NCBI RefSeq assembly: GCF_964204645.1
Contig: NC_134030.1
Coordinates: 12,545,947 to 12,609,946 of the forward strand
Source: Tubulanus polymorphus
Lineage: Eukaryota > Animalia > Nemertea
DNA: 64,000 nt
Direction of reading: 5' to 3'
Below are positions 52,401-60,877 of the stretch, one piece after another. Made by a program: the position numbers and the translations under genes. The notes under the pieces are model-generated. The model was not told where the DNA came from. It saw only the letters and a list, made by a program, of their open reading frames with translations, and made no database searches. Positions within the stretch are counted from its first letter, which is position 1, and each line of letters opens with the position of its first letter.

Positions 52401-54528
52401 TCTTTAAAAGGGGGTAAGCCTATTAATCAGAAAAGGAAATGTAAAATCCAAATGAAAGATTGGAACTTTTATGCAAATGCTTTTCATATCATTTCATCAT
52501 AAATTGTTTTCATTTCTTGCACTAACCGTACAGGCCTATTCATGGTATAAAAAGTCTCCAATACTTAACAACTAGTCATGTGAGCTCAACGGATCGGCTA
52601 GTCAAATTCCTTAAGGTAGGGACACATGAGGGTATTTTTTCACCCGATCGCGGCGAATCGCTCGTGTGGTGAATTCCACAGCGTAATCTATTTTCATCAA
52701 CCAATAGGATGCATTGTTGATATCATGTGATTTGTTAAATCTCTCCCGCTAAGTGCCAGACGCTGACCGAATTTCGGTTTGATCACGGCGTGTGCCCGCT
52801 CGTATCGGGTGTATATATTCGTCGGCGAATTAAATCGTCGCAATCGGGCGAAAAAATACGCTTATGGTCATCATTCTCAACCCCAAAAGAATAGAATTTC
52901 AAAACTCTATGAACCTATGTACCATTCATTCCTAATTTAAAATGCTTCCATCATCATAAGACATGCCATGAGCTACATTTTTGCAATTGGTTGAAAGTAC
53001 AAAATATGCCTGATAACCAGTACAATGTGAAAATACTAAGCTATTCTGCTATTCAACGCTCCCTGGGAACTATGTACATAAACTAATAACCTAGAAACTC
53101 AACACAATCATACAACATGTCATGAGCTACAGCTTAACAATTGATTGCGGTTACATAATATTCTATAGTACCAATCTAAATAGGCAAATTGTACATAACA
53201 CAATATTCAACTCCCCCTGGTGGTTGGAACAAATAACTGCTTAACCCCAATTCAAAGCGAGGGGATGAAAATCCTATGACAGTGATAGCATTTATCAAAT
53301 ATCAAGACTATTTAAGTTCAAACCTGTCAATATTTTTCTCCAAAAGCCATTTCTACCTACAAATAAGGACTGATGACACTAAGATGGCTGTCGATTGTGT
53401 CAGGCTTGATTGATCATAAGATCTGTCTGATATGTTTAAGATCCCTCCCTAAAGAATACCTATCACAAATTTCAATGAAAAATGGCATACCTCTATCTTT
53501 TCCCTTGGTCTTATTGATTTGAAAACGGAATAGAATTGAATTGGATTTTCTGAAATTTGTGAAAAAGCTATTTTTCCCGGACTTTGCATAATTGTCAATG
53601 ATATTTTCCATAGGCTAGAGCAAACAAAAATATTCCTCCCAAAAACCAAATCAACTAAAAATTTCACAGAAATCGATCTTGAAATACAAATTTCAATCTT
53701 AAAATAAAACCTGGAAGTAAAACGGTAGACGATACCGTGGGTTCATGTGAACACTTGCTGCTAAGCCAATCATAGAGGAGTCTTTGTTTTGATTGGCTTT
53801 TTAAAACAGATATCTTTGCGTTCAGATTTTCGCAAAAAAGCTCCAGATTTTTAACAAGGCCTTTTTTCAAAATTCAGCTCCATAGGATTTGGAGAATGGA
53901 TAATGCTTAAATGGATGATTTGTATGAATATATGCTCAGTTGTACAGTCAAAGAGCCTTCGCTCTGGAAACCATGTCATTAAAATTTGTCATTAATTCGT
54001 CATTCCATGTCATTAATGAACCAATATCAAGACAATCCATTGAAGTGTCTTCAAAACTTCCCAAAAATACCTGATTCCATCTATGGACGAAAGAAAAGTG
54101 AACACTCTAGTCTGCTGTGACTTAAGTCCCAAGAGGGCTAAAAAACGCTGGTTTATCTAGGCTGCACAGTTTCACTGGTCGTATTTAGACCAAATTGAGG
54201 TATGTGTTCTAAAGTTTAAGAGAAATATGAAAAGTTGCACCATCTTCCCTCCATCGTAATATGCGGCTCAGATGCAGTATCGATATAGATGAACTGTCAT
54301 CACGTTCAATTACGATTCGCATGTGAAACTATCCTGTGCCACCCTACTTACGTATTTTTCGGCAGGTCTCTAGGCTGTACAATAGCTATTATTGATAAGC
54401 AGAATGCTGTCTGCTTTGATAAAAGGCCTACCTACTAAGCCACTTACGATAGCGGGGAATTTTTGTTCCTTTCCATTTAGTACAATCGTCACTCGTTTTT
54501 CATCTAATGTTTGGTTGGTTAGATCCAT
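13225..54528 (-). CDS. ASCC2: Activating signal cointegrator 1 complex subunit 2 (CUE-domain protein), spliced CDS span, 14 coding exons, 746 aa
   Basis: Joined exons give 2241 nt in one frame with GT-AG boundaries. Peptides match ASCC2 hallmarks recalled from the human protein: FWCQVIFDETL, LRMATHKES, FDIPKLMDLC, VKDLLPNLGNGFIE (CUE), DEFDIF, YEDEYDDTYD, NHNRRAMADRKRMKGMIP. Confidence 0.96.
13616..14181. mobile_element. piggyBac-like MITE (TTAA TSD)
   Basis: TTAA|CACGTTCACTGCC...GGCAGCGAACGTG|TTAA. Confidence 0.8.
16218..16323 (-). CDS. ASCC2: ASCC2 coding exon 13 (PFVIPRALRESEESEEEEE...IQQE)
   Basis: ttaaag|G acceptor, GAG|GTGGGT donor, 106 nt; RPFxIP motif then acidic tract. Confidence 0.92.
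16337..17781 (-). mobile_element. Family-A HINE-like element with ~140-bp internal tandem repeats (second head at 16580)
   Basis: CTAGGGGTCCAGGGACACC stem-loop plus subTIR GCCCACTTGGGA at one end, GTCCCAAGTGGGC hairpin at the other. Confidence 0.85.
18242..18436 (-). CDS. ASCC2: ASCC2 coding exon 12 (DKVDMSLLDEK...YEDEYDDTYDDNVGAEDADSADELTSR)
   Basis: ttcag|A acceptor, AG|GTAAAA donor, 195 nt. Confidence 0.94.
18520..18648 (-). CDS. ASCC2: ASCC2 coding exon 11 (NQPTQ...RHNIYDNDEFDIFNKDSVDLSRIHRGK)
   Basis: tttcag|G acceptor, AA|GTAAGG donor, 129 nt. Confidence 0.94.
19266..19369 (-). CDS. ASCC2: ASCC2 coding exon 10 (ICLEEYQYDVERVINGILEERLPPSLQEIDRQLER; CUE C-half)
   Basis: ttacag|ATT acceptor, AG|GTGAAA donor, 104 nt. 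Confidence 0.94.
19595..19672 (-). mobile_element. tRNA-derived SINE-like fragment (second copy at ~11387-11440)
   Basis: B box GGTTCGAATCCC on the minus strand; shared AACCTGATGGCATCG...CCCTGCCACACTA. Confidence 0.5.
20163..20279 (-). CDS. ASCC2: ASCC2 coding exon 9 (VELSEG...ELESLVSAVKDLLPNLGNGFIE; CUE domain N-half)
   Basis: ttttag|GTT acceptor, GAG|GTGCAT donor, 117 nt, phase 0 matches exon 8. Confidence 0.93.
20598..20870 (-). mobile_element. Diverged family-A fragment; apparent continuation at ~35625-36080 beyond the family-B nest
   Basis: Family-A head and internal repeat units. Confidence 0.55.
21262..23980. repeat. 31-bp satellite AAAACCAAAATAATGAATTGTCGCGGGCGAY (split by a family-A insertion at 21571-22953)
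   Basis: Direct tandem units; 31-aa periodicity in the ORF track. Confidence 0.95.
21571..22953 (-). mobile_element. Full-length family-A HINE-like element inserted into the 31-bp satellite
   Basis: Both termini present; five ~140-bp internal units; satellite resumes on both sides. Confidence 0.88.
24150..24745 (-). mobile_element. Family-A fragment
   Basis: Homology to the family-A body; followed by an L2-like LINE tail fragment (24745-24840). Confidence 0.75.
24915..26135. repeat. Dispersed repeat family C (further copies at ~45115-45545 and ~53510-53985)
   Basis: Shared blocks such as AGAAATCGATCTTGAAATACAA and AAAATAAAACCYRGAAGTAAAA. Confidence 0.7.
26168..26980. repeat. 31-bp satellite array
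   Basis: Same unit as above. Confidence 0.95.
28435..28990 (-). mobile_element. Family-A element, internally deleted
   Basis: Both termini present, no internal repeat array. Confidence 0.85.
30039..30516 (-). mobile_element. MITE with 9-bp TSD, internal tRNA-like A/B boxes and telomere-like motif; right end duplicated
   Basis: TSD TACTTAAAA (30030-30038, 30517-30525); long TIR GTTGTTACCYGTACGTGACTGTACGGTGAT. Confidence 0.8.
32560..33965. repeat. 31-bp satellite array (about 45 units), inside an IR-bounded element ~32440-34070
   Basis: Same unit; ends GTACGGAAGCGATACAGGGCC / GGCCCTTATCAGCCACCATAC are imperfect inverted repeats. Confidence 0.93.
34410..42292. repeat. Tandem triplication of a 2627-bp unit
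   Basis: Identical ORFs recur at +2627 and +5254; junctions share a TT microhomology. Confidence 0.97.
36181..36966 (-). mobile_element. Family-A element (identical copies at 38808-39593 and 41435-42220 via the triplication)
   Basis: Both termini, one internal unit. Confidence 0.85.
42302..42449 (-). CDS. ASCC2: ASCC2 coding exon 8 (DETRIEFIMEAI...TEPNQ)
   Basis: aag|T acceptor with U12-like branch site, CAG|GTTAGT donor, 148 nt; DETR motif. Confidence 0.88.
42450..43405 (-). other. U12-type (minor spliceosome) GT-AG intron of ASCC2, 956 bp
   Basis: 5' site GTATCCTTTAC; branch-like CCTTTGAC with its A at 42462, 12 nt from the 3' end; no polypyrimidine tract. Confidence 0.85.
43406..43480 (-). 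CDS. ASCC2: ASCC2 coding exon 7 (FIVDFETKFPIEDDFVVLTQSSYF)
   Basis: tttcag|G acceptor, AT|GTATCCTTT U12-type donor, 75 nt; aligns to FLRDYDALFPVAEDISLLQQ. Confidence 0.9.
44299..44472. mobile_element. Tc1/mariner/pogo-type MITE (TA TSD); related fragment at ~14220-14308
   Basis: TA|CAGTGCAACCTC...AAGGTTCCACTG|TA. Confidence 0.75.
44996..45070 (-). CDS. ASCC2: ASCC2 coding exon 6 (GTDQIIEECVEGFLHFWNATLGEKR)
   Basis: ttttttag|T acceptor, AG|GTAAAA donor, 75 nt; aligns to the IEEFLQIFSSLLQEKR region. Confidence 0.9.
45579..45761 (-). CDS. ASCC2: ASCC2 coding exon 5 (LSKFYATMVPALKS...IQEIIKN)
   Basis: Follows a 79-bp intron; tatag|G acceptor, AG|GTAACT donor, 183 nt. Confidence 0.92.
45841..46067 (-). 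CDS. ASCC2: ASCC2 coding exon 4 (VFASVIEQCG...DILSYLQDTSETLLAFF...HEFHI)
   Basis: ttacag|GTT acceptor, AT|GTAAGT donor, 227 nt; not in the ORF track, translated by hand. Confidence 0.93.
48224..49749 (-). mobile_element. Non-autonomous hAT-like element interrupting a family-A repeat
   Basis: TIR CAGGGATGTGAA/TTCACATCCTTG; basic, transposase-C-terminus-like remnant at ~48600-48790. Confidence 0.5.
50294..50678. mobile_element. MITE with CAGC..GGATCCAGG TIR
   Basis: Imperfect TIR; AAATA duplicated on both sides. Confidence 0.7.
50766..50812 (+). ncRNA. Minimal type I hammerhead ribozyme motif (antisense within an ASCC2 intron)
   Basis: CAC-CTGATGA-..TATTGGT/ACTAATA..-GAAA-GC-TT^-GTG; palindromic AAGCTT stem III. 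Confidence 0.6.
50919..51234 (-). CDS. ASCC2: ASCC2 coding exon 3 (YYDENY...LRMATHKES...FDIPKLMDLC...PTLFQ)
   Basis: aatag|G acceptor, CAG|GTAAGC donor, 316 nt. Confidence 0.95.
52014..52234 (-). CDS. ASCC2: ASCC2 coding exon 2 (HLRWKTD...FWCQVIFDETLHKCIESYLQSAPR)
   Basis: ttacag|CAC acceptor, AG|GTAAGT donor, 221 nt. Confidence 0.95.
54448..54528 (-). CDS. ASCC2: ASCC2 coding exon 1 (MDLTNQTLDEKRV...KFPAI); exon itself starts at acceptor 54631
   Basis: ATG at 54528, in-frame stop upstream, donor GTAAGT at 54447, phase 0; resembles the ASCC2 N-terminus (PLD...PAL|H). Confidence 0.85.
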
Positions 54529-54899
54529 CCCTTCTTCAATTGTTATGGCAATGGTGGTACCTAGCTGTATCACGCACGGGCCTTCCTTGCTCTGACGTTG
54601 ACTACGGTCAGTCTAATTGATGCACCGGTACCTATAAATACAGGAAACGTTTGGTTAGAATTTCAAAATGGTGTTCTCATTTCAACACGAGAAAATGATG
54701 ACTATTTGGCAATCCCTCAATACAGTGTAAAATGGATATAAAAATGCTGTTTTATTGAGACTAGTCAGTAACCTTTCCTTTCTGTGCTCTAGTTTCACGA
54801 TCGGATATTTTTGCTGGTAAGCCCATCTTCCGATTAAGCTTACCACCAACGATCAGGTAACTAACTATAGAGACTGCACAGTTTCACTGGTCCTATTAA

Positions 54900-55289
54900 C
54901 ATGTTTGCTGCCACCTAGGAGATAAGTTCCAGTCACCATTGTCGATGCTATTAATTTTTGATATCATGCAATTCATATGCCGCCAGCACTATTTGTACAT
55001 TGATAAATCAATACACCAATCATGCTGGTCTGTTTTAGTATAAAAACCAATGACGAGATACCAGTAACTCGTCACTGGCAATCAAATAGAAATCTAAAAG
55101 AATAAAAGTTTCATTGTAAAATGATGATTTTAATCATTATATTCTCTCTTTTGCACCCCCCGTAAATAGGCCTAGTATCTTAACCTCTCCATGAAATGAC
55201 ATTGAATCGATGAAGATATAACTCACAACGGCAAACTGCGGTAGGCCCACCATGACAATTTATCTCATCAACAGTAGCGAACAAACGTG
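54900..55289. mobile_element. piggyBac-like MITE, deleted relative of 13616-14181
   Basis: TTAA flanks and collinear internal homology. Confidence 0.75.
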
Positions 55290-55421
55290 TTAAAACCAAA
55301 TTAAGCAAGCTAACGGGACATGACATGAAAAGTTCTTGACCCCAATAGAAGCCTAGGTAGGCCTACTAATCAGAATTATTGGAATGAAAAGACTAGTCTA
55401 GACTAGAGGATACTGGGGTAA

Positions 55422-57784
55422 CTAGGGGTCCAGGGACACCATGCCCACTTGGAAGTGGTTTCAAATGCTCAACAATCTAACAATTTCAATATTCAACGCC
55501 CCCATCCAATGACGTTGAAACTCACCGCAATTGTAGAACATGTCAGCAGCTACGATTTTGAAATTGATTGTGGTAACAAAATATGCCAAGTTACCACTAT
55601 AGGCCTAAAATGTAAAATACTAAGTTATTCTACTTTGGGTTCTGGGTATCATTTCCAGGGGCTCAGCTCACAGAGCCACTCAGCGCGTCCCCAGGTGGCA
55701 GATAGGGGGAGCCTCATTTGTGGGGCCTGTCAGGTCATAATACGGAAAGCCGACAGCGGACCATAGTCAGCCGAGCTGATGGCGCTCGCAAAAACCGCAC
55801 CTAGGAGACGGAAAAGTGATTCAAACACCTGGTCTGGTTAGTGACCATAAGCCCTGCAAGGCAACTTACCCGGGCAGGAAGGGCTCCCAGCCTCGGGTGA
55901 TGGCAGCCTTCCTAGGTGACGCAAAACACTGATTTAAAACCTGGGCAGGAAGGGCCCGCAGCCTTGGACGATGGCAGCCCTCCTTAGTGAAGGACATCAC
56001 TAATTCCAAAACCAGGATAGATCAAGTTTTCTAGCCCTACAAGGCAAATGATCTGCATCTGCCCCAGTCTCCGCCTTGTGGTCCCAGCGGCACTAGACAG
56101 AACATGACTGCTGCAGACGAGAGATCGATCGATGGTCACACCCTGAACGCAGTAGAGAAATTCTGCTACTTGGGCAGCATTATGAGCCATGACCCAAGCC
56201 TTGATGCAGAAATTACCCTACGCATTGCCAAAGCCATAACCGCATTCGGCAGACTAAATAAGAGGCTCTGGAACAATCATGGCATCAGACTGCCCAGCAA
56301 GATCCAAGTCTTCCAAGCGACAGTATTCTCATCTCTGTTACATGGATGCGAGACCTGGGCAATCTACAAGCGGCATATACACCAGCTTGACAGTTTTCAT
56401 ATGCGCTGTCTAAGACGCATCTGTGGAATATAATGGCAGAACTATGTACCGAACGCAACTGTGCTTGAGAGGTGTTGCTGTACTGGTGTGGAGGCATATA
56501 TCATGAAAGCTCAACTCCGCTGGTGCGGTCACCTTGAACGGATGGATGATAGCAGGATACCCAAGGCCCTACTATACAGCCAGCTGCGTGATGGCCGCTG
56601 TAATATTGGCCGTCCACACCTCCGCGTCAAGGACTCACTCAAGCTTCAACTGAAAGCCAGCGGCATTGACACCGAGACATGGGGACGTTCTGCCCAGAAC
56701 AGATTGCTCTGGCGCGCACCCACTGTCGTAATGCTGTTGCATCCTGGTGACCATATTCAAAACCTAATAACCTTTTACCTCACCACAATCATAGAATAGG
56801 CCTATGACATGAACTACAACTTTGCAATCGATCATGGTAACAAAATATGCCTAGGTACCAATATAATGAGGAAATACTAGGTTATTCTACTATTCAACGC
56901 CCCTGGTGACCATATAGAATAACTAATTTCCTTAAAACTCACCAGTCATGGACGATGTCATGAGCTAAAACTTTGCAATTGATTGTGGTAACAAAATAAG
57001 TATTGGTTAAAATATAATATTGAAATACTAAGATATTGTATTATTCAACGTCCCCTGGTGGCCATATACAAAAACCAATGAACTTGAAACTCACCACAAT
57101 CATAGAACACGCTATACGCTACAACTTCCTAATTCATTGTCGTGACAAAATATGCTTAGGTATCAATATAATGTGGAAAAACTTTTTCCCACCTACGAAT
57201 GAGTAGGCCTACTGATGACACCAAGATGGCCGCCAATTGCGTCATAATTGGCTGATCAAAAATACCTGTCTCAGGTATAAAACATCCTTTTCCAAAAAAT
57301 ACACATCAGCAATTGCAATGAGAAATGATGGCAAACCAGTAGGAAGCTACAGGACTCGGAATTTGGGCCAAAATTTTTTGGCACTTGAAAGGTCCTAGGA
57401 CGACCATCTTGAGTCCGATCGACCCAATTTTTGTTATGCCGATGGGCCCTGGGGGGTTCAAATATATACGAAAGATCAAGGTAGGCCTAATTGATCAAGA
57501 CGTCTTCAAAATTTCCCTCAAAAAGTTCAAAAACGTGTAAAAAGTGCTGATTTTGGCAAACAACAATGGCTGCCAGTCGGCCATCTTGATTCTGCCAGGG
57601 CCAGTTTTTGGGCTGAAGATGTGTCTAGGGTAGATACATGTATAGGCCTAAACCAAATATCAAGACATTACCTTGAAGCGTCTTCAAAACTTCCCAAAAT
57701 AACTGGATTCCGTCTACGGACGGACAACGGACGAAAAGTGAACGCAATAGCCCGCTGGGACTAAAGTCCCAAGTGGGCTAAAAA
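55422..57784 (-). mobile_element. Family-A element carrying an RTE LINE insertion and five TAGGCCTA micro-insertions
   Basis: Both termini present; interrupted at ~55636-56742. Confidence 0.85.
55636..56742 (+). mobile_element. Internally deleted RTE-clade LINE (structured 5' UTR joined to RT C-terminal region)
   Basis: VEKFCYLGS...EITLRIAKA...LLHGCETW...FHMRCLRRI and LRWCGHLERM...RIPKALLY in one frame with a stop at 56431; triplicated RTE-like 5'-UTR motif (CTAGGAGACGGAAAA..GATTCAAAC). Confidence 0.88.
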
Positions 57785-58320
57785 GGCTATTCGCATTATA
57801 GATGACGCTAAATTTAACTCCCATACCTCGAGTATCTTTATGAAATATGAGATACTTAAACTTGACGACATAATCAAACTCGAAATCACAAAATTTGGAT
57901 ATAATTTCACGAAGAACGTTCTGCCGACACCTGTAATGAAACTATACAGGAAAAACTCTATTCACCATAATTACCAAACCAGAAATCGAAATCTCCCTGG
58001 GACCGAACCACATAGGCTACTAGTTTGATATCATAAATCATTTCTAACTGAAGTACCAGCTCCCTGGCGTTGTAGGTACTTCACAAATCCTTAGAAATTC
58101 CACTACTTTTGAGAAGACCACCCTGACAACATATCAATATCAATCAGCCAAATTAATAATACTTAGTGATATCCATTATTCATTTATAAATATAACTTAT
58201 GTTAATATTATTACCATTATTATTGTTATCATTATTATTAGGCCCTATCACTATTATTATTATCATTACTGTTATTACTAATTGAATATTATTATTATCA
58301 TTGTTATAGTTATCATTTAT
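57783..58320 (+). mobile_element. 3' fragment of a CR1/L2-group LINE with (ATT)n tail
   Basis: KAIRII...NSHTSSIF...ILKLDDIIKLE...HNYQTRN, a typical post-RT C-terminus. Confidence 0.7.
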
Positions 58321-58506
58321 TTCCTGTTTCTATTGCACCCTTCTTGCACGCTTTGCACTCGGGTTCAGCGCCTTGCAATTGCTTTTGAGTACAGCCCCAA
58401 AGACTTGCGCTGGATCCCTCATTTAACATCTCTAGTTATTCCGCATTGTTAAAATAACCTTATATCGAAATGTAGTTTAATGAAAATAAAATTGTTATTA
58501 TTTATA

Positions 58507-58960
58507 GCAATGAAAAATGGCAAACCATTATGAAGTTACAGGACTCAGAATTTCAGCCAAAATTGACATTTTTGGGGAGAAAAAAGGTCACAGGACGGCC
58601 ATCTTGAGTCTGATCGACCCAATTTTTCTCATGCTGATGGACCCTTGGGGGATACAAATATATCTGAAAGATCAAGGTAATTGATAGGCCTAAAAGCGTC
58701 TTCGAAATTTCCCTCGAAAATTCAAAAATGTGTAAAAAGTGTTGAATTTGGCGAACAACAATGGCTGCCAGTCGGCCATCTTGAATCTGAGAGGGCCAGT
58801 TTCTGGGCGATACATGTACAAAACAAATATCAAGACATTACCTTGGAGCGTCTTCAGAACTTCCCAAAATAACTGGATTCCATCTAATGATGAACGGACG
58901 GACGACGGGCGAAAAGTGAACGCAATAGTCCGCTGGGACTTAAGTCCCAAGTGGGAAAAA
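58507..58960 (-). mobile_element. Family-A fragment (hairpin end)
   Basis: Homology to other copies; more diverged relatives at 46284-46420, 47790-48220, 49770-50200, 52960-53480, 54020-54145. Confidence 0.8.
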
Positions 58961-59048
58961 AACTTTTTATGTCAGCTGCTGACACTTTCACCAAGAACCT
59001 TAGTGTCTGATGTACCACACAGGGTACACTAATGTCTATTTCAACCTG

Positions 59049-59515
59049 ACTTGAGAGCATTCCGGGTGGCCTAGCTCGCTAATTTTTGGTAGTACATACC
59101 TGATAAAGGTCTTAATAGGACCAGAAAGGACAGGCAGTCGACCTAAATCATCATTTTTTAATCCATTTGAAACTGTGTTGAAGGATAGGTATCCAAAAAG
59201 TCTTCACTGAAAGGGGTTAAATGAAGAGAAGTGACTCCATGATTTGAAAGTTTAACAATATGTTTCCACGCCTACGTATCAAATTTCGGTTGGTAGGCAT
59301 GGAGACATATTGTTAAACTTTCAAATCATGGAGTCTCTTTTCTCTCTGGAACCCCTCTCAATGCATATTTTTTGGATATCCTTCAATACAGTTTCAAATG
59401 GATTAAAAAATGATGATTTAGGTCGACTGCCAATGCATTCTGGTCCTAATAAGACTATTATCAGGTATGTACTACCAAAACTGACTGAGCTAGGCCACCC
59501 TTTATGCTCTCAAGT
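59049..59515. mobile_element. Foldback (almost fully palindromic) MITE, ~225-bp arms
   Basis: Arms are reverse complements around a ~17-bp spacer at ~59276-59292. Confidence 0.85.
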
Positions 59516-59949
59516 AGAGCGACGGAGATTACCGTGGAAACAGCCACGTCATTACTCTAGTTAGCTGGTTAGTTACCGTCCTAATCGTTGGTGGTAAGCT
59601 TTTTATAATCGGATGGGCTTTATACCAACGTTTGTTGTTTGTGAAAAGATCGTGAAACTAAACCCGAGCTAGGTTACTGACTACAACACCACATGACTGG
59701 GTGGGTGGGTGGTGAACGAACCGGCACTGTGAGTGTGAAAGGTAGGCAAAAAATTAAGCAGCACATGCCAAAAAGATTGATATCAGACGAAAATAATGGA
59801 CATTAACAATTGCAAAACCATAAAAAACGAGTTCAGAAGTTCGGAAAAGCTGCTGAACTAAATTCTAGGCAAGTTACTAAATTTTAGAGTTGTTCAATTC
59901 TGTTGTATCGTATGATCTGATGAGAGTATGTACCTTGTAGTAAGGCTCT

Positions 59950-60460
59950 AGCAGATGTGTATTACTATTAGGCCATGGCATAAGAACTCAAATACGTCGC
60001 TAAGTTTAGTTTCGAGTCCCGATTTTGCAGTTAATCCTGATAACATTCATCGGTCATAATCGGCAAATTATTGTAAATTCACGCCGGGCATCTTACACAA
60101 AAATAAGAAATATATCTCGTCATACCCAAAAGGAAAGGAAACCTTCACGGGTCGGATACGCACGCGCGGGCCTACGTCAGGCTCACGTGTCTTGGATATA
60201 ACATCAGCCCTCCCAAAGTGAATATCCTGAAAACGTCATCCCGAGATTCTGGAAATATTATTGCGTTATAGGGCTATATGAACCTTGACACTCTCGCGTG
60301 AGTATATGGATAAATACAACCAGTAGGCTATCTTACAATGACCAACCCTAAAGGCGGCCAGCCCAGTACAGTGGCCAGTACAGTGGGCTTGTAAACTGGC
60401 TTTGATTTTATTTCCGGGTTGTTGTTATCGTTGAATGATAATCTCGCGAGAACGGCGCTA
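59950..60460 (-). promoter_or_regulatory. CpG-rich putative promoter / non-coding first exon region of ASCC2, with a TCTCGCGAGA palindrome at 60442-60451
   Basis: Coding exon 1 has an acceptor at 54631, so an upstream exon is needed; this unique, CpG-rich stretch is the best candidate. TSS not determinable. Confidence 0.45.
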
Positions 60461-60470
60461 AAATTTGAAC

Positions 60471-60877
60471 CAAAGTGGCTATTCGTATGGACACGTACGA
60501 ATAATTCCGTAGGCTATTCGTACGCACCCGTACCGATTATTCTGGAATGTTCGTACGGGAAGGGATAGGGTTAGGGTAAGGTGAGGCTTAGTTAAAACAT
60601 TCGGCCGACTGTCAGTGTCAGCGCAGCGAGCTCGGTGGTCTAGTGGTATGATGCTGCGCTAGTAATTTACTGGCCCGGGTTCGAGTCTCGCTTGATCACG
60701 CTCTACTTTCCTCTTACTCTATTTTCCATACTTTCCTTGAATTTTCTAAGTCGCGCACCTCTGTACGCATGCGTGCGTTAATCAGCCAATCAGCAACAGT
60801 TATTAGCATACAGATCCTAGTTCCGTACGAATAGCCTCCATAGTAATCCGTACGGGTCCGTACGAGAAGCCACAGCG
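60471..60877 (+). mobile_element. MITE with 9-bp TSD, internal tRNA-like A/B boxes and telomere-like motif
   Basis: TSD AATTTGAAC (60462-60470, 60878-60886); TIR GTGGCTWYTCGTAYGGAC. Confidence 0.8.

Noticed and set aside
54529-54573. N-terminal extension of ASCC2 from the ORF-track start
   Set aside because: That start is GTG; the first ATG is 54528 and matches the expected protein length.
60626-60700. Possible tRNA gene
   Set aside because: A and B boxes present but acceptor, anticodon and T stems pair poorly; lies inside a MITE.
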